Source: Phyllobates terribilis (Eukaryota). From it: a stretch of DNA of 64,000 bases. This document shows positions 34,401-47,372 of the stretch, piece after piece (the stretch's first letter is position 1; the number at the start of each line of letters is the position of its first letter). Below the pieces are notes generated by a model that saw only the letters and a list, made by a program, of their open reading frames with translations, did no database searches and was not told where the DNA came from. The DNA is taken from assembly GCF_046119375.1 (NCBI RefSeq), contig NW_027362761.1, forward strand, positions 1,163,058,001 to 1,163,122,000. The letters are read 5' to 3'. The position numbers and the translations under genes are program-made.

Positions 34401-35223
34401 TCTGTTTGTTTACCTTGTCTTTAGTTACAGTGGGGCCTGACTAGTGTTCACCCCGTCCCCTCCCTACCTAGGGCCTAGCTCTAGGGACATTCGGGGCTTA
34501 GGTTCCTGCTTGGCAATAGGTGTGGAACCTCTATAGGGATGATAGGATAGTCAGGGTCATATTAGATCTGCCTAGGGGTCTCAACTGCCCCTTTCCCCTC
34601 TTCCCGTTGTTGTACACTTATGCCTTCCCTCACGTCGTGTGACGTGGGGTAGTCAAAGGCCCATTGTGGTATTTGTCTTATGACCTGTGATGTTATAAGA
34701 ATATTATCAGTCTATCCAAACCACAATAATTGGCTGCTGTAGGGACAATTCCCTATGGAAGGATCTATATACGCCCCCCTGTCTATCCGATGTTTGTGCT
34801 CTGATCACACCATTTTCTGCCTCTGAGCATTTGATCAGACATTTACATAGTGGCCTTTTTCTTCATTGTACACCTGAGATGTGTTGGTGTGTGTTTTTTT
34901 TTTTTTTTTTCTTTTCTTTTCTTTTTAATGTATCTAAATAAAATTGTATTCAAGGGTTTATATTCACACATACTCTATTCCCCTTTTTTGGTAAATCAAA
35001 CTTTACTCTGATATTAAAGTGGTATTCACATCGTATGTATTCATTCTCAAAACCTACTAAATCAAAGTGTGTCTCACATATAGACATCAGACATCGTACA
35101 TCAAATGAATTTACAACATGCCTCCCAGAGTGTTCTACACGTGGTCACCACACTGAGGCCGTCCCTAACGCGCGTTTCGGCGCTCTGCCTTTCTCAAGGG
35201 GCAGTACCACTTGTCACACACCT

Positions 35224-35266
<43 letters not shown>

Positions 35267-38200
35267 ATATATAGGGGGGCCAATTGCCTCCTAATCACCA
35301 CCTCTTTATACATGTCTACACCTCCCCCCTACACACGTGACCACGCCAACCCTACCCCACCGCCAATTATACACAGACCGACGCGCCTTGCGTCCCCAAA
35401 GAGGGGCGGAATTGACCACAGACGTTTCCCCGGTATAGCGGAAGTGACGTTCCTTATGTGACGAGTTTGGGCGGAACCTACGTCATACGTGTCATCATTA
35501 AGGGCGGAAGTGACGTTGTTCACATAGCGTGGTTGGGCGGAACTTGCATCATACACAGCGTCGTTAAGGGCTTAAATGCACCCAAGTACATTCACCATGC
35601 CCATAGATGACGCAGAGAAGTCACCGTTACCAGGATACACGGCAGCCACGTCCAGGACGTTTGAGGACTCCGTAAGCCAGCGTATACACCAGGACCGCGA
35701 CCCCACTGCGTTCAGGCATAGCCCATTTGACCAAAGGTTCACTGTAAATCACATCGGACTCGCACACAAGTGAAAACAGCAAGAGATCCTATACACAACT
35801 ATGGGACCTCATTATCACAAAACAATGATAGATACAGACATAGCTTTCTTATTTTCTTTTATATTTATAAAGAGGTACCCAGAATACATACTAAGATATA
35901 GTAAATAAGTATAGGGTCACATTATATATGGGACCAATAACACGATAGATATGAAATACTCTATATCATGTCATGTGCACATTAACCCATATCTCTCCCC
36001 AAATTATCTCTTATAATACCAAATACTTTGAAAAAAATATTGCAATACTTTCGTCATATATAAATAAAAATTCACAATCATTAGCATTACAATAATATCA
36101 TGGTATAATTGGCGCATATGTACACAGATGCAAAAAAAAAAAGGGAAATATCGGGTATTTTCCTCCACTGTACATAATACACTTAAGAACGAATGGGTCA
36201 GGGAAGAGGAGTCTTTCATCCACATATATGGGGGACACCACAGAGCTCCATAGCCTCTCACTATTCTCCATTATGGTATCTGTGGTACGGTGTGAAGAGA
36301 ACCTTCACGTTGCATCAATGGGTGGATGTATATTGCCGTAATTATCCACAACAGGTAAGCGACAAACAGACACATAAAAACCTAGAAATTAAAACAACAA
36401 TTAGATATACAAACATAAAAGGGATTCTTTTCATTTAGATTTGTTGGTTATACAGAGGACAGCAGACTATAAAAATGGGGCGAAACTGATATTTTCATTG
36501 AGTCCAGTAGGATGTAGAGTGTTTAAGGTCCACATCCACCTAGACTCCAGTCGAGCTAATCGTTGAGAAATCGGACCACCACGTATCCCTGCCTCGATAG
36601 TATCGATACCCCGAACCCTCAATAGGCTTGGGTTACTTTGATGGTAACGTTTAAAATGTCGGGGAGTGGTTTTCAGCGTGGATGCGTCCACGTGGTCCGC
36701 TGAGGCTGCAATCCCCAGTATCAGTCCTCTCTTTTGAGCAGCAACATATATATTTATAAATATAATATCATTCACCAATGTACTATATTTGGTTGCTGTG
36801 GTGTTCTTTCAGTCATATTGCAGTTAAAAACTTAGTATAGTCTTTCTGATTCGCTATGTCTTTCTTCATGTGCAGGGCATTGCTGTAGCTTAGGTATCCA
36901 TGGTTACGACCACCAGCAACTAGCTAACTGTCACTATATCAATGGTCACAACCATGGATACCTAAGGTCCTGCACATGAGGAAAGACATAGCAAATCAGA
37001 AGAACTATACTACATTTCTAATTGGAGGGATTTACTATTACACTTACTACATATTAGGATCTTGGAGATGGGAATACCCCTTAAGGGCTGTAGGGCATGG
37101 AAGAGAAATGAAGGATCTGTCATTTATTCCTTGTTTATATATTTGCAGATTGAACTCTACAGAATACGGCGACCTGAAGGAGAAGCTTCGCGCCCCCATA
37201 CGAAACGCAGCCAACGTGGTGATACATCAGACGCTGAGCGACATGTTCCTGGATACGTTCCGCTCCCTGGTGGAAGCCAATCAGGTGTACGAGCTGCAGA
37301 GCAACCGGGTAATTCCTGCAGGGCAAGGGGCTGACGTCCATTACCACAGTACACTGTGTCCATGTGTCAGGGATAGAAAAGCTGGGCTCGCGTGTCTGCC
37401 CATATCCTACTTGTATCAGATGGTTGGGACATTTGGAGTATCTTCCCATATCTGTTTTATCCCCCTCCTCCACCATTTTACTCCCCTTTTTTGCTAATTC
37501 TCCACTTTTCCTAGGCCTGTACCTTTTGGTCAGGAAGAGCAATCACTTTATGAATGGTGGATCTGGAAAAAAAATAATTCTTGTTTTGTTAAATCTGAAT
37601 TTTTATATATTTTTTTTTTAAAACCAGTTTTGACTTTTTTGAGACTTTAGAGGGTATTCCCATCTCTAAGATCCTGTCCAAATGTGAAGTAATTGCAAGT
37701 ATCTCCAATTAGAAATGTAGTGTAGTTCTTCTGATTCACTATGCCTCTTTGCAGGGCATTGCAGTAGCTTGGGTATCCATGGTTACCACTACTAATAATG
37801 ACTGTTAGTTAACTAATGGTCATAACCATAACTAGCTAAGCTATGGTTATGACCAGTAGCTAACTGTCATTATTAGTGGTTGTAACCATGGATACCCAAG
37901 CTACTGCAATGCCCTGCAAAGAGGCATAGTGAATCAGAAGAACTATACTATGCTTCTAATTGGAGGTATTTGCTGTCATTATTAAACTTGCTACATATTG
38001 GGATATGGGAATAGCCCTGTACCTTTTTAATGAGGGGGCTCACTTTTAGTAGTACATACAACAATTTGGGGGGACGTGCAGTAACTGAGCAACTTTAATT
38101 CTGGTGAAGTCAGTGGGGACCCCACGATTGTCTGCAGCAGAACCATTTAAATGCTGCTGTCAGATTGTTAGCGGCATGTAAATGGTTAAATGGCAGCAAG

Positions 38201-38678
38201 CTTCCATAGTGGTGGCTGCCAACAGCCTTTGCGGATATGTGGTTGGGTTTTCTAGGGGTCTTCTTAAGGAGACTCATGGGTAATACATTGCTTCCTGCTT
38301 GCCACCTGCAGACGTGGCACCTACTATCTCCGGGGGGCTATAATGGCGGCCATGTTGGTTGTCCTTCAGCTTTTCCTAGGGACAGATCTGAGTCTAGAGT
38401 AAGACTGGACCTATTTCCTCTCTTTTCAGGAGCTGGAGCCCTGCATTGGCTGCATGCAGACTATTGCCAACATCAAGCTGGTGAAGTATTGCCACGAGGC
38501 AATCGAAGGAGAGTGTCGGCAGTGTTACTGCCGGCCCATGTGGTGCCTAACCTGTATGGGCAAGTGGTTCGCAAGCCGCCAGGACCAGCAGCATCCGGAG
38601 ACCTGGCTGTCCAGCCAAGTGCCTTGCCCCACCTGCCGAGCCAAGTTCTGTATAGTGGACGTGTGCCTAATCCGGTGA
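31203..38678 (+). CDS. TMEM129: E3 ubiquitin-protein ligase TM129, 4 exons, 362 aa
   Basis: MDSPAVTFTLAYVVF..; exons of 205/475/160/249 nt with GT-AG sites; C-terminal Cys-rich RING-like domain (CIGC..CYCRPMWCLTC..CPTCR). Confidence 0.97.
31446..32590. repeat. C-rich ~39-45 bp minisatellite (about 27 copies) filling TMEM129 intron 1
   Basis: (C)6-12 TCCCATACGCCGCCTGCGCCTCCTCTGCCTGTG. Confidence 0.96.
32630..33104 (+). CDS. TMEM129: TMEM129 exon 2
   Basis: YYIGMCFAAPEK..INREFRRIDKFATGATGARVIVTDTWVMKVTTY..FDIR. Confidence 0.96.
34200..34645. mobile_element. Probable LTR remnant of another Gypsy family
   Basis: Resembles frog LTRs as I recall them and ends ..CGTGTGAC; no TSD found. Confidence 0.4.
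35040..36780 (-). mobile_element. 5'-truncated Penelope-like retroelement (GIY-YIG C-terminus plus pseudo-LTR)
   Basis: ORF 36467-36778 ends RHFK..H..LRVRGID..RGG..LESRWMWTLNTLHPTGLNE..PFL*; a hammerhead-like motif lies downstream. Confidence 0.8.
35163..35201 (-). ncRNA. Minimal type-I hammerhead ribozyme variant
   Basis: Minus strand CCCC-UUGAGAA-A-GGC agagc GCC-GAAA-C GCGC G-UU-A-GGG. Confidence 0.65.
36830..37084. mobile_element. Family A foldback MITE, left end missing
   Basis: Right TIR GGATCTTGGAGATGGGAATACCCC followed by TTAA. Confidence 0.75.
37149..37308 (+). CDS. TMEM129: TMEM129 exon 3
   Basis: LNSTEYGDLKEKLRAPIRNAANVVIHQTLSDMF.. Confidence 0.96.
37650..38018. mobile_element. 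Family A foldback MITE
   Basis: Same TIR and internal palindrome as 18435-18784. Confidence 0.75.
38430..38678 (+). CDS. TMEM129: TMEM129 exon 4 (RING-like domain)
   Basis: ELEPCIGCMQ..CPTCRAKFCIVDVCLIR*. Confidence 0.97.
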   Translation, partial: ELEPCIGCMQTIANIKLVKYCHEAIEGECRQCYCRPMWCLTCMGKWFASRQDQQHPETWLSSQVPCPTCRAKFCIVDVCLIR

Positions 38679-39073
38679 CCGCGCCTTCAGGCTGTGCATA
38701 CGGTTTTGTATCTTGGACCTTTTTTCTACAATCCAGACTTTCTTTTTCTATGGAAATGTAGCAGGAGCGGATCCCGTTCAGTCGGGGCTGCTGCTCGTCC
38801 ATGTGGCTAGATGGAAGGAGCATAATGCAAATGCTTCTGTCCAGACTCCTCGCAGTGCGGCGGTCGCCATTATCTTGTACCGGTGTGTGACCTCTCCCAT
38901 CGCCATCAGGGCAGCATTACAGGTATGGTATACACTACTGACCACTCCGGGAGTGAAGGCATTTCTTTATTTTAATTTTTATAATTATTTTTACTTTTAT
39001 TTCCGAAGTAAAGTGTAAAAATCAACAAGTCAGCACTATTTACCCTGTGCTGCTCCTCTGCTCCTGCCCCGAC

Positions 39074-39110
<37 letters not shown>

Positions 39111-40314
39111 AGTGGTGATGGCACAACAGTTTTTGACCGCTGCTGACCATCACTGGGCTCAGCAGCTCTGTCCACATAGACCACTGAGCCTAGCAATTAG
39201 CCAACCTCGCCGCTGCACCCATGTCAACAAAGAGCGGGGGCAGAGAGGCGGTGCAGGAGCCATGGTGGAGAGGAGGCATGACAAAGTGCGGCCTACAAAT
39301 TCATCCTAATGTATACACTTTAAAATTATTATAATCCACGACCGACATGTATACCGGTCCCTGGCTGTAATGTTTCTTACTCTGATGCACAGCAGCTGAA
39401 AGAGGCCATGGTCATTAAGATGTACATCTCTTACCTGATGTTAGTGCACCTTAGTCCGGTGCATGTCTCATCAAGACTGGTGGGAAAAGTGCCCCCTATA
39501 TTTTTCTTTTTTTTTTAAGAATAATATTGAACATGTTACTGCTTATAGAAACTCTTTAAAAAAAAAAAAATAACCTTTTTGAAGAATTTAGTGCAAAAAC
39601 TCAAATTAATAATGCCATTTATAAATCAAAGGCTTGTTTATTTTTACTGTATTCTCATTTTTACAGAAGTGTGTGCTTTTATATTGTTTTTTTTCTTTCC
39701 CCCTACTGCTGTCTCACACTACGGCCCTTTGGATGTGTTTTGTGATGTACACACTAAATTTGGAGCAGAAATGTAATATGAAGACGGCCATCTCCTTATG
39801 TAAAGCATCCATTGCTTACATGTTAGTATTTGGGAAGAGGGCAGTGAGGACCTCCTTTGGGGGGCGCTGTTCATACAAGCAGTCTTCAGGCCTCTTAATA
39901 TCTACTATATGCCTATACGGATGTGAAGGCCCATACCTGCTTATCTTGGTGCGATGCTCTGCCGCTGCTGCAGGGAGGACGTCCTCTCTTCTACGTTCCA
40001 CTTATTGCTTTTGTATGAAGTATTTCCTCCAGTGATTTACATTCGTGCCAAATGGGGCTTTTCCTGGTTTGTTATGGAACTACAAGTCCCAGCATGCCAC
40101 GGTAAAGTACAGCTTATGTGGCAGGCCGGGACGAGCAGTTTCACAGCAGATGGAGGGTCACAGGTAGCAGATGACGGGTTTACAGTGTTTTTTGTTTTAT
40201 TGGATCTTATGTAGCAAATCTATAGATCGGGGTGACAGATTCTGTATTCAGGGTGTGATCGAGCATTACTGATCCAAAGTGTTACTGAAGGTTTTATTAC
40301 AGTGTGTAAATTTT

Positions 40315-40320
40315 AATAAA
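40315..40320 (+). terminator. TMEM129: Candidate TMEM129 polyadenylation signal
   Basis: AATAAA followed about 20 nt later by GT/T-rich sequence. Confidence 0.55.
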
Positions 40321-41194
40321 ATGACTTCCATACATTATTGTTGTGGCTTTTTTTTTTATATATATCTACCTTCTCCCAGTCGTCTGTTGGTATTAATATG
40401 GAGTTGTCCCCTGCTGCAGGTATAATGACCCCCCTGATCTTTGGGGAAGGATTTTTGAGGGGTCTGTGGGAATTGCTGCCCCCTCATTCAGAAGAGCATT
40501 TGTGTGGTTGAGCTCAAACCTCCATTATAGGTGTTGGGGATCTGTGCAACCGGTCATGTTCTTCTACAAAACTCCCCCAGCTTTGTTTGTATGGAGCTTG
40601 TGCACTGGACAGAAAAGCCCCCACCCCCCCAAAGTCTGAAGAATTAAGATGTCCATTCATTGAACCCAGTATTCTCCTCCACAAAACTGTACATTGCAGT
40701 CAAGCAGGAAACGTTCTCCTTCAACAACCCCAGACTCGTCCATCAAACACCAGATAGAGAAGTGAGATCCATCACTGAACAGAACACTTTTCCTCCAGAG
40801 TCCAGTGGTGACTGCTTTACACCACTGCATCCGACGCTCGGCATTGTGCTTGGTGATATAAGGCTGAAGGAAGCTCCCTGCTTGGGTGCAGTGTTTGTGC
40901 TGATGTTATACCAGAGGAGGTCTGGACTCTGCAGTTATGGAGGCAGCAAACTGAGAGGTGGGGACTTTTCTGCCCTCTGCTCCTCAGCACTCAGCCCCAC
41001 CACTCTGTAATGTTTCTGGGTCTCCACTTCGTGTGGTTCCTTCCACTTCTCAATAATATCACTAACTGGTGATGGGGGAAGATTTAAGAGGAAGAAATGA
41101 CAAGAATAAACTTGTTACACAGGGGCCGCGCTGGTATCAGTGAGCTCTGCACCACCACCTGTTCTGCCACATGTTAGTAAAGGCAGCTGGCATA

Positions 41195-41405
41195 GCAAGG
41201 GGGGCCGATGTTATCCACAGAGGGTGAGGGGCTTGATGTTATCCACAGGGGGGCGAGGTTATATACAGAGGGCGAGGGGCTTGATGTTATACACCAGGGA
41301 GGGGATAGGGGGGCTAAGGTTAGACACGGTGGGGGCTTGATGTTATACACCGAGGGGGTGGCTTTTATTCGCCGGGAGGCGAGGGGCCAGATGTTATACG
41401 CCAAG
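41195..41405. repeat. Degenerate ~28-bp minisatellite
   Basis: GATGTTAT(A/C)CAC(A/C)GAGGG(G/T/C)GAGGGGCTT variants. Confidence 0.75.
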
Positions 41406-44029
41406 GGGCTGGTAAAAGAAACCAAAATTCAGTGTTTAAGATCTATGTACGATACTTTGGACGAAAGATGTGTATGGTAGAAATTTACACTATAAAGACT
41501 CAAGGCAAAAAAACAGAGGTCTAATTCTACATTGTCGCTGGATTATTTAGAAATTGGTGCGAGACGTCTGCCTCCCGCCCTCTCAGGGCCATGATCACGT
41601 CATGGTCCAGTTCAGACCTGCATATCCTTACATGGCCTTTAGCCACCTCACACATGGTTTGGAAGCAGATGCCCCCAGGGTCTTGTCCTGATTTTCCGCC
41701 ACCTCCTATTATACGGACTTCCTAATCTCCATTTCATGGTCCTTCTCTAGGCTGGGAAAATTACAAAGCCCCTCATTTAAGGAGTACCGCCGCTCCTGTG
41801 TGTATATACATTTGACCGTACAATAGGCATAGACTCTCCCCTCCATGTTTCTTATCTGTGTACAGCGGTTTCCTATTCAGGTTGATGTTTAGTGACAAAC
41901 AAGTTGGTAAAATGTCCCCCGCATGGGGTAAAGATGGCCATTCACATGCGCTGGTTTGGCCCTCAGCCATTTCTCCCTGCCCCACCATATATATGAGCCC
42001 TCAACTTGGGAAAGAGGAGGAGAAAATGATTGCTAGACCACTTTGGCGACCGACCGTTATCTCCCCTGACAGCTGAGTTGGGAGAGACCCCCATACATAG
42101 TAGATTGGCAGCTTTATAAGAGGACTATGCTGATGTGAGACACCTCTGGTGGAAATCCAACATGGCCACTACTGTATTTCCCATAAGGGGAAAGTTTGGA
42201 CACCCCAAAACATATTAAAACATGCTAAAATCATCAAACTGTGTATGCCGCAGTCTATGTCTGTGAATCTGTGCTCAGCTTGCAATACTCGGCCCTGTTG
42301 TCGGGTCGCCTGCCCCCATCTAACCATGCCCATGTCTGGAGAACAGGCCGGGTGTTGTGATCTGATCACGGTCAGGGTTTCCCGGATGGGTGAAAACGAC
42401 CTTATTAGTCAGCAAAAATATCTGATGGAACTTAATACTTTTGTAGCTGTACAGTGTCTACAGCTCCAATGTAGATCTATAAGTTTCCATGGTAACAGAC
42501 TACAAACAAACCCTGCGTAGTCTGATCCTGTGGTCACATTCTCATCCACCTTCTCCCCCTAACTGCTGATATATCGAATACAATGATTGTCCAAGACCTA
42601 CGGGACGGACTGAAGGGCGGTTATACAACCGCAGGATCAGACTTCACACCATTTGTTATCATGGAGACAGACAGGTCTGAATAGAAGCCATAGATACCGG
42701 ACGGTCGGATGTTATCGATCGTTGCTTAATTTATTTATTTTAGAAGCATTGAGTGAAAATGGACGTAACCTTGAAGCTTGCTATAGGTTAATGTTGGCTG
42801 GACCTGAGTGATTTCAACATGCCTGATCTCGTGTGTCGGGATCCTGTTGGCTTTAGGCCTCGTTCAGACATCAGTGATTTTTCTTTTTTTTTTTCGGTCT
42901 GGGTTTCATTTTGTTTTTCTCGGATTAGAAAGAATAAAAAAAAAAGTTTCTTTCTCTTTTTCTATCTAGCAGCCCATGAAAAATGTATTTGTTCTTGGAC
43001 CCCTACACTTGCTTTGATGATTTTGATGGATCAACGTTGGACGTTTCTCTGTGAAAAATCACGGCCTGATCCACGATCATGGACACAAGTACTGTCCATG
43101 AAAAACAAGAATAGCACTCGTATGCAAAAAAAAAAACTGAGGTGTGAATGAGCCCTTATTCCAGAGACAAAGCAATGTGCTTAGAAGCTGATGGATTGAG
43201 GAATATCTGTATGTGCAATTCCCTAATATTCATGTTATGGGTCCTCCTATTACTTGCCAAACAAGTAAAATCTCTCACCCCACCTTGCAAACATCATTTA
43301 CATGTCTAAGGATTCTTTGTAAATCACGTTACCCCCCCAAGGGTGAGAACCTCCTGGGTTTTTAGTTTGCATTTGTTTTGTCAGGGGAAGTTGTTTTTTT
43401 TTTAATAGGACAATGGATCCTTCATATATCTCAAAAATAAGCTTTAAAGGGTTATTCCCATCTGCATTGATGGCTATTGTCAGATAGAGCTCCTACTTAT
43501 AAGCACTTTTGCAATTTACTGCTTATTAAAATTTGCAACCGTTCTTGAGATATTAGCATTTTTCTTTTGTTTACAGCTTGTTTCCTAGGAGACCGACCAC
43601 TGCTGCGATCTGGCTTGTAAACGCTGAGATGACGCTGTCTGGGATTAGGAGATAACTGTGCACTTTAGCGATTCTGGACAGCTTAAAAAAATACTGCTTA
43701 CAAGTTTAATAGAAAAGAATAATCAATGCGCATGTTTTGCTCCTGCTGTCTAGCGGCAGTGGTCGGTCTCCAAGGCAACGAGGTGAAAACAAAAAAGGAA
43801 AATGTTATTAATATCTCAAGAATGGATGGAAATTTTACTAAGAAGTAAATTACAAAATTGCTTGTTTTTTTTTTTTTCACCAGCACGATCTGACAAAACC
43901 CATTTCAGAAGATGGGAATGAGACTTATCTGCACACAGTCGCTGCTAACGGCAGGGGGTCCTCGCATACAATAGTGGCCCCTTTTTATGCCGAAAATAGA
44001 TTATACAGATCCAATTTACAAACCATTTT

Positions 44030-45165
44030 TCATCAGTGTACTTGGTCTAACTTACAGACTGTTTTCAGTGAATGCCCTAGATCCGATTTATAGACCGTTT
44101 TTCATCAGAGCGCTGAATCTGATTTATAGACTGTTTTTTCATCAGTGTGCTTAATCTGAATTACAGAACGTTTTTCATCATTATGCTGGATCTGATTTAT
44201 GGACCGGCTTCCATCAATGTATAGGATCTGATTTATGGACTGTTTTTCATCCATGCACTTATTTTCATCCATATTTGGGTCTCTGTGTCCATTTTCACCA
44301 TCAGTGTCGCATCTGGTTTTCTTGAGTGCAATTAAAAAAAAATCATTAAGCACATCAGTGTGCTTAATCCGAATTACAGACCATTTTTAATTAGTGCGCT
44401 GGATCCGATTAACAGACCATTTTATATTAGTGCGCTGGATCCTATTTACAGACCATTTTACATCACTGCTCTGGATCTGATTCATGGACCGTTTTCCATC
44501 AGTGCGCTGGATCCAATTTATGGACTGTTTTTCATTAGTATGCTGGATCTGATTTACAGACCATTTTATAGCAGTGCGCTGGATCCGATTTAGAGACCAT
44601 TTTATATCAGTGCGCTTAATCCGAATTACGGACCGTTTTTCATCAGTGCTTAATCCAAATTACGGACTGTTTTTCATCAGTGTGCTTAATCCAAATTACG
44701 GACCGTTTTTCATCAGTGTGCTTAATCCAAATTACGGACCGTTTTTCATCAGTGTGCTTAATCCAAATTACGGACCGTTTTTCATCAGTGTGCTTAATCC
44801 AAATTACAGACCGTTTTTCATCAGTGTGCTTAATCCAAATTACGGACCGTTTTTCATCAGTGTGCTTAATCCAAATTACGGACCGTTTTTCATCAGTGTG
44901 CTGGATCTGATTCATGGATCGGTTTCCATCAATGCATTGGATCTGATTCATGGATCGGTTTCCATCAATGCATTGGATCTGATTCATGGATCGGTTTCCA
45001 TCAATGCATTGGATCTGATTCATGGATCGGTTTCCATCAATGCATTGGATCTGATTTACAGACTGTTTTTCATCGGTGCACTGAATCTGATTTTCATCCA
45101 TCTTTGGTCTCTGTGTCCATTTTCACCATCAGTGTGACATCTGGTTTTCTGGTGTTCAATTAAAA
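44030..45165. repeat. ~36-bp minisatellite, probably internal to a MITE
   Basis: ATCAGTGTGCTTAATCCAAATTACGGACCGTTTTTC and variants; the block ending CCATCAGTGT..CATCTGGTTTTCT..CAATTAAAAA is duplicated (~44280 and ~45110). Confidence 0.9.
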
Positions 45166-46074
45166 AAAAAAAAAAAAACTTCCAAGCTTCTCCTATCCAT
45201 CACACAACAAAAAATGGATGACATCCATCTGCTGTCCATTTTTTTCACACATCCATTGATATGAATTGGGCGAGTGTGATCAGAGACTTGGATCAAAACC
45301 GGACATGTCTCTGTTTATATTTGTAGACAGTCGGCCCTCAAAAATAACATGGACATGTGAACAGCCCCCTAGGCTATAATGGGTATGTGTACTGTCCATG
45401 AAAAAAAATCCCATGTGAATGAGGCCTTAGGGAGCAGGATAGCAGCAGCTGGGCCTCCACCTATCCATGACATGTCATCCATTACTTCAGGAAATGTGGA
45501 TGGTGTGGATTTCCTGTGTTAGGGGCAGGAGGAGGTGGGGGACACACAGCTGCCATTGTGTGAAGCCGGTTTCACACACCCAGCAGTACAGTCTGTGATG
45601 GGTCGGACCGGCTGAGGGTCTCTTGACCCAAACTCAACTGTTGAGTTTAGGTCCGGAGATCCGTGGCTGCCGGTGTGGACAATGTGGTCTCGGACCGTGA
45701 AGGTCAGATGGAGGGATTTACGTTCAGTATATTGGCGAGATACGTTAACATGGCTGCCGTATCCCTCTGTTCTACTGGCGCTCACCACTTTAGTAGCGCC
45801 ATCGACAAGTGTCCCAGTCATAGGCCCCAATTGGCATTGACTCTATTTCTCTAGGCTCGACACAACATGACTGCCCGCAGGAAAGACCTCGTACAGCATC
45901 ATTAATGTACCGTCAAGCGTTGGCAAGATATCCATAGTGCCACGTGGCAACTGACTGAAATTCATCTCTCTTTCCAATACAACGCCGTATCAAAAATACG
46001 GAAATGCGCAATCCAATATGGCCGCCATTACAATTCACACGGGGGGTCGCTATTTCCTTAGCTTTTATAAACAC

Positions 46075-47372
46075 ATTACAAGCAGAAGGTAGCCATTTTG
46101 TGCGTTCTATTGTATACATTACAAGCACGAGGTAGCCATTTTGTGAGCTTCTCCACGCACATTACAAGCACAAGGTAGCCATTTTGTGCACTCTATTGCA
46201 CACATTACAAGCACGAGGTAGCCATTATGTGAGCTCCACCACACACATTATAAGCATGAGGTAGCCATTTTGTGATCTTTTAAATTCATTGCTAGCACAA
46301 GGTAGGCATTTTGTGAGCTCTACTACATATATTAAAATCACAAGGGAGCCATTTTGTGAGCTCCACACACATTACAAGCACGAGGTAGCCATTTTATGAG
46401 ATCCACCACACACATTACAAGCACGAGGTAGAAATTATGTGAGCTCAACCACACACATTACAAGCACGAGGTAGCCATTTTGTGATCTTTTACACTCATT
46501 GCTAGCACGAGGTAGCCATTTTGTGAGCTCCATCACATATATTAGAAGCACGAGGTAGCCATTTTGTGCACTCTATTGCACACATTACAAGCACGATGTA
46601 GCCATTATGTGAGCTTCACCACACACATTATAAGCACGAGGTAGCCATTTTGTGATCTTTTAAATTCATTGCTAGCACGAGGTAGCCATTTTGTGAGCTC
46701 TACTGCATATATTACAATCACAGGCTAGCCATTTTGTTAGCTCCACACACATTACAAGCACGAGGTAGCCATTTTGTGAGATCCACCACACACATTACAA
46801 GCACGAGGTAGTCATTTTGTGATGTTTTACACTCCTTGCTAGCACGAAGTAACCATTTTGTGAGCTTGTACGCTCATTGCTAGCACGAGGTAGCCATTTT
46901 GTGAGCTTCTCCATACACATTACAAGCACGAGGTACCTATTTAGTGATATCCACCGCACACATTACAAGCACGAGGTAGCTATTTTGTGAGCTCCACCAC
47001 ATATATTAGAAGCACGAGGTAGCCATTTTGTGCACTCTATTGCACACATTACAAGCACGAGGTAGCCATTATGTGAGATCCATCACACACATTATAAGCA
47101 TGAGGTAGCCATTTTGTGAGCTTTTCCACACACATTACAAGCATGAGGTAGCCATTTTGTGAGCTCTACTACATATATTACAATCACAGGGTAACCATTT
47201 TGTGAGCTCCACACACATTACAAGCACGAGGTAGCCATTATGTGAGCTCCACACACATTACAAGCACGAGGTAGCCATTATGTGAGCTCCACACACATTA
47301 CAAGCATGAGGTAGCCATTATGTGAGCTCCACATACATAACAAGCACGAGGTAGCCATTTTGTGAGCTCTGC
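46075..47372. repeat. ~43-bp minisatellite, about 30 units
   Basis: CACATTACAAGCACGAGGTAGCCATTTTGTGAGCTCCAC(CA). Confidence 0.93.

Noticed and set aside
39816-40001. Protein-like antisense ORF in the TMEM129 3'UTR
   Set aside because: Only 61 aa, not recognised, and no splice support; a tblastn or Pfam search would be needed.
44574-45137. 12-aa repeat ORFs (ISVLNPNYGPFF)
   Set aside because: Product of a 36-bp tandem repeat; open on both strands; no splice or promoter support.
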